DNA of 64,000 nt, taken from assembly GCA_040398005.1 (NCBI GenBank), contig JBBAUX010000002.1:114798-178797 (forward strand). The letters run 5' to 3'. The notes under the pieces are model-generated. The model did not search any database and was not told the origin of the DNA. It was given only the letters and a program-made list of their open reading frames with translations. Made by a program: the position numbers and the translations under genes. This document shows, piece after piece, positions 49,343 through 59,645 of this stretch; positions within the stretch are counted from its first letter, which is position 1, and every line of letters starts with the position of its first letter. The stretch comes from Opitutales bacterium (GTDB lineage: Bacteria; Verrucomicrobiota; Verrucomicrobiia; Opitutales; UBA953).

Positions 49343-50383
49343 ATGCAGCAACAGCTAGCCCAGCTCGTCGCCACCGCCCAGGCCGAATCCAAATCCGTCA
49401 CGAATCGTGCCGAGATGGAAGCCTTCAAGGCACGCGTGGTCGGTCCGAATGGTTCACTCACCGCTGCCATGAAAGGTATGGCGACTCTTTCCAAAGAAGA
49501 ACGTCCCCTCGTTGGTAAATTAATTAACGAAGCAAAAAAATCAGTCGAAGAAATCCTCGCCGCCTTGCTCACCAAAATTGAAGACGCGGAAATTGGCTCG
49601 GCTCTCGGCACTCCGCTCGACCCTACTTTAATCGGCAACGAAACTCCCGCCGGTTTCATTCATCCGCTTTCTCGCACGCGTGAAAAAATTCTTAATACTT
49701 TTAAGAAATTAGGATTCACCATCGCTGAGGGTCCCGAAATCGAAACGGAGTGGCATTGCTTCGACGCACTCAACACGCCGCCTGATCACCCAGCGCGTGA
49801 TATGCAGGACACGCTTTATCTTCCTAAATCATTTCGCTCAGTCGACGCACCCCGCCGTGGCGAAGAAGCCCTCGTCTTACGCACCCACACTTCCAGCGTG
49901 CAAATTCGTACGCTCCTGAATCGTAAACCTCCTTTCCGTATCGTGGCTCCTGGTCGTTGCTTCCGTCGCGATGCCGTTGACGCTACTCACTCCGCTAACT
50001 TCCACCAAATCGAAGGTCTCTGGATTGACCACAAAGTAACCTTGGCTGACTTGCGCGGAATTCTCGACTTCTTCGTGAAAGAAACCTTCGGTGCTGACGC
50101 CGAAATTCGCCTGCGTCCTTCTTACTTCCCATTCACTGAACCGAGTTTTGAAATGGATTTACGTTCACCTAATCTGGGCCGTCTCTCCAATCGCTGGATT
50201 GAAATTATGGGCTGTGGTTTGGTTGACCCCAAAGTCCTCGAGCTTTGTGGATTAAATCCTAACGAATATTCAGGCCTCGCCTTCGGCTTGGGCCTCGAAC
50301 GTATCACCATGCTCGTTCATGGCATCGACGATATTCGTCACTTCTATAACAACGATCTACGCTTCCTGCGTCAGTTCGCCTAA
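49343..50383 (+). CDS. pheS: Phenylalanine--tRNA ligase alpha subunit
   Basis: HPARDMQDT, LRTHTS, FHQIEG, YFPFTEPS, AFGLGLER. Confidence 0.97.
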   Translation: MQQQLAQLVATAQAESKSVTNRAEMEAFKARVVGPNGSLTAAMKGMATLSKEERPLVGKLINEAKKSVEEILAALLTKIEDAEIGSALGTPLDPTLIGNETPAGFIHPLSRTREKILNTFKKLGFTIAEGPEIETEWHCFDALNTPPDHPARDMQDTLYLPKSFRSVDAPRRGEEALVLRTHTSSVQIRTLLNRKPPFRIVAPGRCFRRDAVDATHSANFHQIEGLWIDHKVTLADLRGILDFFVKETFGADAEIRLRPSYFPFTEPSFEMDLRSPNLGRLSNRWIEIMGCGLVDPKVLELCGLNPNEYSGLAFGLGLERITMLVHGIDDIRHFYNNDLRFLRQFA

Positions 50384-50386
50384 ATC

Positions 50387-52822
50387 ATGAAAGCCTCTTT
50401 TCAAGCGCTCGGTCGTCACGTGGATCTTTCTGGAGTCACTCCTGAAAAACTTTCTGAAGTTTTGCCGATGCTCGGGCTAGAAGTTGAATCGATTCATTCA
50501 TTTGGCCTCGCCCCTTTGCCATTCGTCGTCGTTGGAGAAATTCAAGCTTCTGAAAAACACCCGCAAGCGGATCGTCTCAGCGTTTGTAAGGTCGATGTCG
50601 GTGACGGCACCATTCGCCAAATTGTCTGCGGTGCTAAAAATTTCAAAGTGGGGGACCGCGTTCCCGTTGCACTTCCTGGTACAATTATGCCGAGCGGATT
50701 CGAAATCAAAGTTTCGAAACTGCGCGAAGTAGAATCTCAAGGGATGATGTGCTCATCCGAAGAGTTAGGCCTCGGTAAAGGTGAAGATGGTTTATTAATC
50801 CTCACCGCGCAAAAGCCCGCTATCGGCACTCCTTTAAATAAACTCTACGGTAAGCCTGATTCTGTTTTAGAAATTTCCGTCACGCCTAATCGTGGTGATT
50901 GCCTGGGCTATCGTGGCCTCGCTCGGGAAGCCGCCGCCGCACTGGGTTTAACTTTAAAGCCAATCACCGTTAAAACAGCCGCTGGACTCTCCGCATCGCC
51001 TTCCGCGAAAGACGCTTTTAAATTTGTTCGTTCGGAAAATTCTTTCTGCCCTTACTACACCGCTCGTACCCTGCGTAATGTAAAAGTAGGACCGAGCCCC
51101 GATTGGCTCCGTCGTGATCTCGAAGCTGTCGGTCTTCGTCCTATCAACAACGTCGTCGATATTACCAATTGGGTCATGCTCGAGTTAGGACAACCGTTGC
51201 ATGCTTTTGATGCCGCTAAAGTAAAAGAGGGCATTGAAGTGCGTGCCGCTAAAGCGGGCGAAGAGTTAACCTTGCTCGACGGTAAAAAACTTTCGCTCGA
51301 TTCCACTTCATGGGTCATCGCCGACGCTCAACGTCCTTTAGTCCTCGCAGGCGTCATGGGCGGCGTAGATAGCGGAGTCTCTGCTACCACTACGGATATT
51401 ATTTTAGAGTCTGCTTGGTTCACGCCAGGTGAAGTACGTCGCATCGCACGTCGCGCCGGTATCTCAACCGATTCTTCCTATCGCTTTACGCGTGATGTGG
51501 ATCCTGCGGGCGTTGAACTCGCTTCACGCCTAGCGACCGATTTATTAATCGAACTCGCGGGTGCTGAAGTAGTCGGTCCCGCCGTCAGCACAGGTAAACC
51601 TCCACGCGCAGATGTTAAAATCGAACTCCCCGCTGGATTCGTTGCTGCCAAGTGTGGCACACCCATTACCGACGCCGATGTCGTGAACGCTTTACAAAAA
51701 CTCGGCTTCACGGTCGAAAAATCTAAAGAAGGTTTCAGTGTTACCGTTCCCTCTTTCCGTTCTGATGTCACCCGTCCGATTGATTTAGTTGAAGAGTTTA
51801 TTCGTATCTACGGAACCCACCAAATTCCTGCGGGTCGTCCGATTGCTCCATTGCCTGGTGATGAAGATACACGCTCCTCAGTTTTCACCCGCGAAGTAGC
51901 CTCACGTCTCGTGGGTGCAGGATTTAGCGAGTGCTGCCACTACACACTGCGTGATGTCTCAGAAATTGAACGCACAGTGGGCGCTGAGCATGCGAAACTT
52001 CTCGCCTTGGAAAATCCTTTGACCGCTGATCAGTCTCACGTTCGTGCGTCACTTGTTCCAGGTTTAGTCGGTGCACTTTCTCGAAATGTCGCAGTGAATG
52101 CTGACCCTCGTGGATTCTTTGAAGTCGGCGTAGTCTTCCGTCCGCAAGCAGATGGCGCCGTCCGCGAATTTTTATCCGTGGCCTTTGCCGCTCCCGCCGA
52201 AGCCCTCGTTCGTTCATGGAAAGTTCCTGCGAACTTCGATATCATCAAAGCGAAACGCTTCCTACAAGATATTGCCCAATTAGCTGGAGTTGCTGCTACC
52301 CGACTTTCTTTCACCGATGCCAAGTCTGCACTCTGGCAATCTGAACACGCCGCGAATTTAAGTGATCGTGGACGTTCGGCTGAAGGTGCCTGTGGTGTGG
52401 TTGAACTTCGCTGGACACGTTCAATGGGACTCAAGGGTTCTATCATTGCCGGTGAAGTCATGTTCCCTCGTTCGAGTTTTGCTGATGTTCAACGCATTCC
52501 ACGCTTCGAGGCCTTTTCATCCTTCCCACCTGTCACCCGCGACGTCGCTGTGATTGTCCCCGTCGCCACCTCCTCCTCCGAAGTGCTCACACGCGTGCAA
52601 CAAGCTGCTAGCAAAGCTGCTGGTAAGGAATTCGATTTAGAATACGTCAATTGTTTCGATGTGTTTAATGGACCTGGATTACCCGAAGGTTCCAAGAGCT
52701 TGGCTTTTGAAATTCGCTGGCGTCATAATGAGCGCACGCTCACCGACGAAGAAACTAACCGTGCGTTGGGTACAGTCATCGCCGCTTTAGAAAAAGGAGC
52801 CGGCTGGGTCATTCGCAAATAA
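50387..52822 (+). CDS. pheT: Phenylalanine--tRNA ligase beta subunit
   Basis: HPQADRL, VCGAKN, SQGMMCS, TPNRGDC, GQPLHAFD, DLVEE, RTLTDEE. Confidence 0.97.
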   Translation: MKASFQALGRHVDLSGVTPEKLSEVLPMLGLEVESIHSFGLAPLPFVVVGEIQASEKHPQADRLSVCKVDVGDGTIRQIVCGAKNFKVGDRVPVALPGTIMPSGFEIKVSKLREVESQGMMCSSEELGLGKGEDGLLILTAQKPAIGTPLNKLYGKPDSVLEISVTPNRGDCLGYRGLAREAAAALGLTLKPITVKTAAGLSASPSAKDAFKFVRSENSFCPYYTARTLRNVKVGPSPDWLRRDLEAVGLRPINNVVDITNWVMLELGQPLHAFDAAKVKEGIEVRAAKAGEELTLLDGKKLSLDSTSWVIADAQRPLVLAGVMGGVDSGVSATTTDIILESAWFTPGEVRRIARRAGISTDSSYRFTRDVDPAGVELASRLATDLLIELAGAEVVGPAVSTGKPPRADVKIELPAGFVAAKCGTPITDADVVNALQKLGFTVEKSKEGFSVTVPSFRSDVTRPIDLVEEFIRIYGTHQIPAGRPIAPLPGDEDTRSSVFTREVASRLVGAGFSECCHYTLRDVSEIERTVGAEHAKLLALENPLTADQSHVRASLVPGLVGALSRNVAVNADPRGFFEVGVVFRPQADGAVREFLSVAFAAPAEALVRSWKVPANFDIIKAKRFLQDIAQLAGVAATRLSFTDAKSALWQSEHAANLSDRGRSAEGACGVVELRWTRSMGLKGSIIAGEVMFPRSSFADVQRIPRFEAFSSFPPVTRDVAVIVPVATSSSEVLTRVQQAASKAAGKEFDLEYVNCFDVFNGPGLPEGSKSLAFEIRWRHNERTLTDEETNRALGTVIAALEKGAGWVIRK

Positions 52823-52824
52823 CT

Positions 52825-53115
52825 ATGGCTAAAGGTTTAGACATCGATCACTTGGCGAAATTAGCGCGTTTAAATTTAACCGCTGACGAGAAAGTTCTGT
52901 ATTCCAATCAGTTGACACAAGTCCTGACTTATTTCGAAACGCTCGCGAAGGCCGATTTACCTGCGGTTTCTGACGTCGCCATGGTCGTTACCGAAAAAGC
53001 ATTAAGAAGCGATGAGCCGGGAATGTCTCTGGGTTCTGACGCTGTTACCAAAATTGCTCCTGCTTCCCATGATGGACAGATTTCTGTGCCACGGGTGGTG
53101 GATGATGAATCCTAA
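52825..53115 (+). CDS. gatC: Asp/Glu-tRNA amidotransferase subunit C
   Basis: HLAKLARL, LRSD, VPRV; upstream of gatA. Confidence 0.9.
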   Translation: MAKGLDIDHLAKLARLNLTADEKVLYSNQLTQVLTYFETLAKADLPAVSDVAMVVTEKALRSDEPGMSLGSDAVTKIAPASHDGQISVPRVVDDES

Positions 53116-53118
53116 GAA

Positions 53119-54576
53119 ATGGCTGAAGAGATTTACAAATTATCAGCCACCGAAATTTCCAGCCGTCTCGCGGCTGGCAAACTCACGTCTCGTGCCGTCG
53201 TCGAAGCCTTGATTGTTCGTTATCATCAACTCAACAAAAAGATTGGTGCGTTTACTTCGTTGGACGAAAAAGATGTGCTCGCTCAAGCGGATGCTTCAGA
53301 TGCTCGACGCAAAACTGGAAAAGTTTTAAGTCCTCTCGATGGTATTCCCGTCGCAATTAAAGAAAATATCGCGGTGAAGGGTCAGCCACTCACTTGTTCG
53401 AGTAAGATGTTGGCGAATTTAGTTTCACCGTACGACGCGCACGTCGTCGAAGCTTTGAAATCAGCCGGCGCAATTATCTATGGTCGTTTAAACATGGATG
53501 AATTTGCGATGGGTTCTTCGACCGAAAATTCGGCGATTCAAAAAACTTTTAATCCTTGGGATCTCACCTGTATTCCAGGCGGATCTTCAGGTGGTAGTGC
53601 TGCCTCCTTAGCTTCTGGTTTAGTTCCTTTAGCTCTGGGTTCAGATACCGGTGGATCCATCCGCCAACCTGCTTCGCACTGCGGTATTGTGGGCATGAAA
53701 CCGACCTACGGTTTGGTTTCACGTTTTGGTCTCGTGGCTTTTGCGTCATCACTCGACCAAATCGGTCCGATGGCCCGCACGGTCGCTGACTGTGAATTGC
53801 TACTCAATGTTTTAGCGTCTCCTGATGCGCGTGACATGACTTGCTTTGACTCGACTCAACGCAATCAACTTCCCGTTGCACCAGAAAAATCTTTACGCAT
53901 CGGCATTCCTAAAGGTCTGCTCGGAAAAGGGGTAGGTGCTGAAGTCGCTGCCGCTACCCAAGCTGCGATTGATTTCTATAAGTCTAAAGGTACCACGATT
54001 ATTGAAGTCGATTTACCTTCGTCCGATTTAGCCGTTCCTACTTACTACGTCGTCGCTACCGCCGAAGCTTCCTCCAATCTAGCACGCTATGATGGTGTTC
54101 GTTATGGTCATCGTTCCGCTAACGCTAAGACTCCCATTGAGATGATGACGAATAGTCGCTCCGAAGGTTTCGGTCCGGAAGTGAAGCGTCGAATTCTTTT
54201 AGGTACCTTCGTCTTAAGCGCTGGATATGCAGACGCGTATTATGTTCGTGCTCTTCGTGCTCGTTCTAAAATTCGTGCCGAACATTTAGCGGCACTCGAA
54301 AAAGTGGATATGATTTTAAGTCCGACCGTTCCAACTCCGGCCTTCAAAGTCGGCGAAAAGGTGTCCGACCCTCTGCAATTATACCTTGAGGATATTTTTA
54401 CGATTCCTGCTAATCTTGCCGGTTTACCCGCAGTTTCCGTACCTTGTGGTAAGTCGGGCCATCTTCCTGTAGGTTTCCATTTAGTCGGAGCTCCATTATC
54501 AGAACATAAACTTTTTGCGGCGGCTCAATTATTTGAGTCGGCTCATTCATTCGCTAACCAACAACCGACCCTATGA
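53119..54576 (+). CDS. gatA: Asp/Glu-tRNA amidotransferase subunit A
   Basis: NMDEFAMGSS, PGGSSGGS, GSDTGGSIRQPA, SSNLARYDG, EVKRRI. Confidence 0.97.
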   Translation: MAEEIYKLSATEISSRLAAGKLTSRAVVEALIVRYHQLNKKIGAFTSLDEKDVLAQADASDARRKTGKVLSPLDGIPVAIKENIAVKGQPLTCSSKMLANLVSPYDAHVVEALKSAGAIIYGRLNMDEFAMGSSTENSAIQKTFNPWDLTCIPGGSSGGSAASLASGLVPLALGSDTGGSIRQPASHCGIVGMKPTYGLVSRFGLVAFASSLDQIGPMARTVADCELLLNVLASPDARDMTCFDSTQRNQLPVAPEKSLRIGIPKGLLGKGVGAEVAAATQAAIDFYKSKGTTIIEVDLPSSDLAVPTYYVVATAEASSNLARYDGVRYGHRSANAKTPIEMMTNSRSEGFGPEVKRRILLGTFVLSAGYADAYYVRALRARSKIRAEHLAALEKVDMILSPTVPTPAFKVGEKVSDPLQLYLEDIFTIPANLAGLPAVSVPCGKSGHLPVGFHLVGAPLSEHKLFAAAQLFESAHSFANQQPTL

Positions 54577-56069
54577 GTAACGAATGGGAAATAGTCATCG
54601 GCCTCGAGGTTCACGTCCAACTGCATACCCGATCCAAAGTTTTCGCCTCCTCCTCTTGGGGTTTTGGTAAAGAGCCTAATGAGCAAGTGGATCCCGTCGT
54701 CTTAGGACTGCCTGGAACCTTGCCCGTGGTGAATCGCGAGGCCGTTGAGAAATCAATCCTCTTTGGTTTAGTCGTGGATGCAGAAATTCCCGAACAGTGT
54801 GCCTGGGATCGTAAAAATTATTTCTATCCTGATAATCCAAAGAACTATCAGCTCACTCAAAAAGATTTTCCTGTCACGATGGGTGGTAAAGTAGAAATCG
54901 AATTACCGGGTGCCGCTCGTAATATTATGGGTGAACATAAGTGGATTCGACTTCACCACGCTCACTTAGAAGAAGACGTCGGTAAGTTAAGTCACTCGGG
55001 TAGCGGTTCACTCGTCGATTATAACCGTGCGGGTGTTCCATTATTGGAAATCGTGACTGAGCCCGATTTACGTTCTGCCGCTGAAGCCTCGGCTTTCCTT
55101 AATGCTTTAGTAATCAAATTAACTCAAGCGGGCGTGGCTGATTGTGATATGGAGAAAGGGCAGTTACGTTGTGATGCGAACGTTTCCGTACGTCGTGTAG
55201 GTGACACCCAGTTGGGCACACGTACCGAGACTAAGAATTTGAATTCTATTTCCGGTGTGCGTGATTGTATTATTTACGAGTCCAAACGTCAGATTACGCA
55301 AATTGAAGCTGGAAATAAAATCACGCAAGAAACTCGAGGCTGGAATGCTGAGATGTCACGTGGCTATGTTCTGCGCGACAAGGAAGACGCGCACGATTAC
55401 CGTTATTTCCCTGATCCTGATATTCCAACGCTGAAAATTTCACGTGAGACGGTGAATCGCTTAAAGAAACACGTCCCGGAAGCTCCGTTTGATCGTCAGC
55501 GTCGCTACATCGAAAAACTTAATTTACCTTACACGGCCGCTTCTGTCCTCATTGCCGATAAAGCCTTGGCTGATTGGTTTGAGGCCGCAGTCGCCGCACA
55601 TCCCGCCAATGCTGCAGGTATTGCTAATTGGGCGGCTAATGACTTGTTGCGTGAACTTTCTGCACAATCAGGCGCAGAGGTTGGCTTGGATGAAACTGCT
55701 GCGGCTAAAATATCTCTAGACTCTTGTTTAATTAAACCTGCCCAACTCGCTGGTTTAGTGAAGTTAACCGACGAAGGCGTCATCTCTAAACAACAAGCGA
55801 AGGAAGTCTTCACTGAGATGTTCAGCACCGGCAAAGACGCTCTCGCGATTGTCGAAGCGAAAGGCCTACGTCAAAATAGCGACACTGGTGAGCTCGAGAA
55901 AATCGTTGCCGAAGTGATTGCCGATCCCGCCGTGGCAAAATCTATCGCCGAATACCGTGCTGGAAATGAGAAAGCCATCAACGCCCTCAAGGGACCCATT
56001 ATGAAGAGAACCCAAGGTAAAGCTAACCCCGTCATGATTGACCAATTACTTAGAAAGTTACTCGGATGA
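54573..56069 (+). CDS. gatB: Asp/Glu-tRNA amidotransferase subunit B
   Basis: IGLEVHVQL, RKNYFYPD, HLEED, DYNRAG.PL, YRYFPDPD, GKANP. Confidence 0.97.
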   Translation: MSNEWEIVIGLEVHVQLHTRSKVFASSSWGFGKEPNEQVDPVVLGLPGTLPVVNREAVEKSILFGLVVDAEIPEQCAWDRKNYFYPDNPKNYQLTQKDFPVTMGGKVEIELPGAARNIMGEHKWIRLHHAHLEEDVGKLSHSGSGSLVDYNRAGVPLLEIVTEPDLRSAAEASAFLNALVIKLTQAGVADCDMEKGQLRCDANVSVRRVGDTQLGTRTETKNLNSISGVRDCIIYESKRQITQIEAGNKITQETRGWNAEMSRGYVLRDKEDAHDYRYFPDPDIPTLKISRETVNRLKKHVPEAPFDRQRRYIEKLNLPYTAASVLIADKALADWFEAAVAAHPANAAGIANWAANDLLRELSAQSGAEVGLDETAAAKISLDSCLIKPAQLAGLVKLTDEGVISKQQAKEVFTEMFSTGKDALAIVEAKGLRQNSDTGELEKIVAEVIADPAVAKSIAEYRAGNEKAINALKGPIMKRTQGKANPVMIDQLLRKLLG

Positions 56070-56755
56070 GCGACAAGTCTAACTCATCTGCTTGGTCGGC
56101 CGGAGTGAATGCCGTAAAAGACAACGCCGTTCCCTCGGTGATTATCTTATCATTATCCACTCTGTTGGTTTGGAGTTATTACAACTGCACTCCGTTGCAG
56201 CAGACTTTAGACGTTTTGGGCGAGTTTAATAAGCAAAACGTTTGGACGTTTGGTATTCTAAGCACCGCCATCACGGGTGGATTTATCCCTTGGTGTTTTC
56301 GGATGTGCTTTCCGTCGATTCGTCCTGCGCATCCTTTTCTCGATTTAGTTCATAGTTTTCTGTGGTGGGCCTGGATGGGTGTCGTGGTCTGTTTCTTTTA
56401 CGGACTTCAGGCGCAGATTTTCGGTGACGCTAAAACGACTTCGACTGTTGTGAAAAAAGTTTTATTCGACCAAATATTTTTCACTACGATGGTGGCCGCG
56501 CCGCTCAATGCCATTTCACATTATTGGAAGGATCACGATTGGAGCTTAGAGAAAATGAAAATCGCTTTAAGACCGGGTTGGTATCGTCGACTCATCCTCC
56601 CCAATTTATTGCCTAATTACGCAGTCTGGATTCCGGGTACCTGTATTTTCTACAGTATGCCCACCAACCTGCAATTGCCTGTGGCGAACTGTATTGGCTG
56701 TTTTTGGGCCTTATTATGCGTCCGAATCGCCACCCACTCGCGCTCGCGCAACTAG
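56066..56755 (+). CDS. Membrane protein, Mpv17/PMP22-like
   Basis: Multiple TM helices; KKVLFDQ, W.P....Y..P..LQL...N....FW pattern. Confidence 0.6.
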   Translation: MSDKSNSSAWSAGVNAVKDNAVPSVIILSLSTLLVWSYYNCTPLQQTLDVLGEFNKQNVWTFGILSTAITGGFIPWCFRMCFPSIRPAHPFLDLVHSFLWWAWMGVVVCFFYGLQAQIFGDAKTTSTVVKKVLFDQIFFTTMVAAPLNAISHYWKDHDWSLEKMKIALRPGWYRRLILPNLLPNYAVWIPGTCIFYSMPTNLQLPVANCIGCFWALLCVRIATHSRSRN

Positions 56756-56817
56756 TTGTGCAAAGGTTTTTATCACTCGGCTTGAAACCCTAACGGAGTT
56801 CACCGAAGGTAGTCCTT

Positions 56818-59076
56818 GTGCCCAACCTTTTTGGTGAAATCGAGCCCGGCGTCGCCGAAGTAGTTCCTTTTGATGGAGGAGCACGGGCCTACTCGTATTC
56901 AGTTCCCGCCGGTCTTAAAGACACTTTAAAGGTGGGTCAGTTGGTGCGAGTTCCGTTGGGTAATCGAAATAGTTTAGGCGTGGTTTGGAAATATCCTGCC
57001 GAGCCTCTCGCTGATACTAAACTGAGAAGTATTATTATGCTCGAGCACGAACAACCGGTGATGACGCCCGATTGTTGTAAACTGGCAGAATGGATGTCAG
57101 CGTATTACGGCTGTGGATTAAATTCTGTTTTAGAAACCGTTTTGCCCGCGGCTGTACGCAAGGGTGTACGTCCGGTGTTGCGTCGGATGCTGAGCTTGGT
57201 CGGCCCGATTGATTTAGAAGCCTTGGCCAAAATGCGGAAGAGGGCTCCACGTCAGGCGCAGTTGCTCGACTTCATGAGCGCGCAGAAAGAGCCTGTAGAT
57301 AGGGCTAAAACAACGAATGGACTCGGAATTTCTCAGCAAGCTGTCGACGCTCTCATTAAAGCGGGCCTGATTAAAGAAGATGCCAGCGTCCTGTGGCGTG
57401 TGGCCTACAACGATCCGTTTTCAGAATCTGAATCTGTCCCTGCCTTGGGTCATGAACTTAATACGATGCAAAAAGATGCGGTCGCTTCTGCCACTGAAAC
57501 TTTAGATCAAAAAACTTTCCGTACACATTTATTACACGGTGTCACTGGTTCGGGTAAAACTGAAGTCTATGTCGCACTCATTCGTAAAGTGGTCCAAGAA
57601 GGTGGCTCGGCGATTTTCTTGGTACCGGAAGTGGCTCTGACTCCGCAGACGGTTGGTCGTCTGCGTTCACGTCTCGCTGATTTAGGAACCAAGGTCGTTG
57701 TTTGGCACAGTCATCTTTCTGCAGGGGAGAGGTTTGACGCCTGGATGGCGATGTCACTCGGACAAGCTCGCGTGGTTGTCGGTGCTCGTTCCGCTGTGTT
57801 TGCTCCTTTGCCTAATCTGCGACTCATCGTGGTCGACGAAGAACACGAACCATCCTTTAAACAGGGTGAAACACCGATGTATCACGGTCGCGATGTGGCC
57901 GTTTATCGGGCCTCTTTATTGGGTGCAGCCTGTGTTTTAGGTTCAGCCACACCTTCGCTCGAGTCTTGGAAGAATGCGACCGGTGGACGTTATATTTTAA
58001 ATACGATGCCACAACGGGTAGATGACCGTCCGATGCCGGCGTTCCGTATTGTCGATATGCGTCGCGAGGTCCTCCACGCCAAAGGCCAGACTATTTTATC
58101 GAGAGAACTCGTGGATGGTATTCACGAGCGATTAAAAAAAGGAGAGCAGGCTATTTTGTTTTTAAACCGTCGCGGTCACTCACGTTCCTTAGTTTGTCCC
58201 GATTGTGGTGAAGCCGTCAAATGTCCCTGCTGTAGTGTTTCACTCACGCTGCATATCACTGACCATACAGCACGCTGTCACTTATGTGATCACCGCAAAC
58301 CCGCTCCTAAAGTCTGTCCATCCTGTCAGTCACCCAAAGTTCGCTGGAAGGGTTACGGCACGCAGAAGGTCGAAGAAGTCATTGCGAAATTATTCCCGCG
58401 AGCTCGCGTGGCGCGCATGGATGCGGACACGATGGGTAAGAAAGATTTATTTAGAAAAGTCTTATCCGATTTCCGCGCGGGTAAGTATGATATGCTTCTC
58501 GGGACGCAGATGATTGCCAAGGGACTCGATTTTCCGCGGGTGACTTTGGTGGGAATTTTAGATGCTGACCTATCACTGCAAATGCCCGATTTCAGGGCTC
58601 CTGAACGCACTTTCCAATTACTCACGCAGGTGGCGGGTCGAGCAGGGCGGGGCACGCTCGAAGGCGCCGTCGTTGTACAAACCTTTCAACCCGCCTCGGA
58701 TCCCATTCAATTTGCGAAGCGCTTGGATTTCCATGGCTTTGCGAAATCTGAATTAGTAAAGCGAGCCGAGTTTGGATATCCACCCGAACGCCATTTAGTC
58801 CGTCACGTTTTCCGTGGACGTAATTTAGAAAAAGTAAACTTCGTAGCTGAAGCTTGGGTGAAGGAATTCGAGCGACTCCATGCAGGCTTGGCTGAGATTC
58901 GTGGTCCGGCTCCTTGTCCCTTTGAACGCGTGCAAGATCAACACCGTGTGCACTTGTGGTATTTCGTGACGGGGGTGAAGTCGTTGCTCGCCGCCATTCT
59001 TCCATTGCGTGCGAAGATTTTACGGGATGAGGACGTCATTGATACTATCGACGTCGACGCGCAGGACTGCGGATAA
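56818..59076 (+). CDS. priA: Primosomal protein N' helicase
   Basis: GVTGSGKTEVY, DEEH, four CxxC, GTQMIAKGLDF, QVAGRAGR. Confidence 0.97.
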   Translation: MPNLFGEIEPGVAEVVPFDGGARAYSYSVPAGLKDTLKVGQLVRVPLGNRNSLGVVWKYPAEPLADTKLRSIIMLEHEQPVMTPDCCKLAEWMSAYYGCGLNSVLETVLPAAVRKGVRPVLRRMLSLVGPIDLEALAKMRKRAPRQAQLLDFMSAQKEPVDRAKTTNGLGISQQAVDALIKAGLIKEDASVLWRVAYNDPFSESESVPALGHELNTMQKDAVASATETLDQKTFRTHLLHGVTGSGKTEVYVALIRKVVQEGGSAIFLVPEVALTPQTVGRLRSRLADLGTKVVVWHSHLSAGERFDAWMAMSLGQARVVVGARSAVFAPLPNLRLIVVDEEHEPSFKQGETPMYHGRDVAVYRASLLGAACVLGSATPSLESWKNATGGRYILNTMPQRVDDRPMPAFRIVDMRREVLHAKGQTILSRELVDGIHERLKKGEQAILFLNRRGHSRSLVCPDCGEAVKCPCCSVSLTLHITDHTARCHLCDHRKPAPKVCPSCQSPKVRWKGYGTQKVEEVIAKLFPRARVARMDADTMGKKDLFRKVLSDFRAGKYDMLLGTQMIAKGLDFPRVTLVGILDADLSLQMPDFRAPERTFQLLTQVAGRAGRGTLEGAVVVQTFQPASDPIQFAKRLDFHGFAKSELVKRAEFGYPPERHLVRHVFRGRNLEKVNFVAEAWVKEFERLHAGLAEIRGPAPCPFERVQDQHRVHLWYFVTGVKSLLAAILPLRAKILRDEDVIDTIDVDAQDCG

Positions 59077-59117
59077 ACCTCTCATTAACGCAGTTTGACT
59101 GATTTTACGGCCGAGAC

Positions 59118-59145
59118 TTGCCATCAATCTTAATTCTTCTAGATT
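59118..59145 (+). promoter_or_regulatory. Putative sigma70 promoter of iscA-like gene (leaderless)
   Basis: TTGCCA-16 nt-TAGATT, 7 nt before ATG; no SD. Confidence 0.45.
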
Positions 59146-59152
59146 ACAAATT

Positions 59153-59518
59153 ATGTCAGTCGCCACCGCACCCACCCTCCGCCAAGCCGATGAGCGATTG
59201 ATTCGGTTGACTCCGTCGGCGGGCGTGAAGGTTAAAGCTTTGGCCGAACGCGAGACCCAAGGTCGTTTTCTCCGTGCCGCTATTTCGGGCGGCGGTTGTA
59301 ATGGTCTTTCCTATAAACTCCGATTCGTCGGCGAATCCAAGGAAGGTGATATTTTAGTTAACTCTGCGGGTGTAGAAGTTTTGGTGGATCCAAAGTCTGC
59401 CCTCTATCTTCGCGGAACCGTTCTCGACTATTCCGATAAAATGATCGGCGGCGGATTTAAGTTCTCAAACCCCAACGCCAAAGCCAGTTGTTCGTGTGGG
59501 GAGAGTTTCTCTCTTTAG
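59153..59518 (+). CDS. A-type Fe-S carrier (HesB/IscA/ErpA family)
   Basis: GGGCNGLSY, F.FSNPNA..SCSCGESF. Confidence 0.93.
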   Translation: MSVATAPTLRQADERLIRLTPSAGVKVKALAERETQGRFLRAAISGGGCNGLSYKLRFVGESKEGDILVNSAGVEVLVDPKSALYLRGTVLDYSDKMIGGGFKFSNPNAKASCSCGESFSL

Positions 59519-59634
59519 CACTGCTAAAGAGAGAGGGGACAAGTGGGCAAGGTGACACGGTGACAAGGGGAGATGATAGGACGCGACGCAATCGCGCCCC
59601 TACCTATTCTTGCCAACGTGCCCACTTGTCCCCT
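59508..59634. repeat. Composite palindrome / octamer tandem / GTAG-type REP element
   Basis: 13-bp perfect palindrome 59508-59534; 16-bp perfect IR 59534-59549 / 59619-59634; five octamers 59535-59574; GTAGGGGCGCGA..TCGCGTCC on minus strand 59577-59603. Confidence 0.8.
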
Positions 59635-59645
59635 AGTTACTCATC

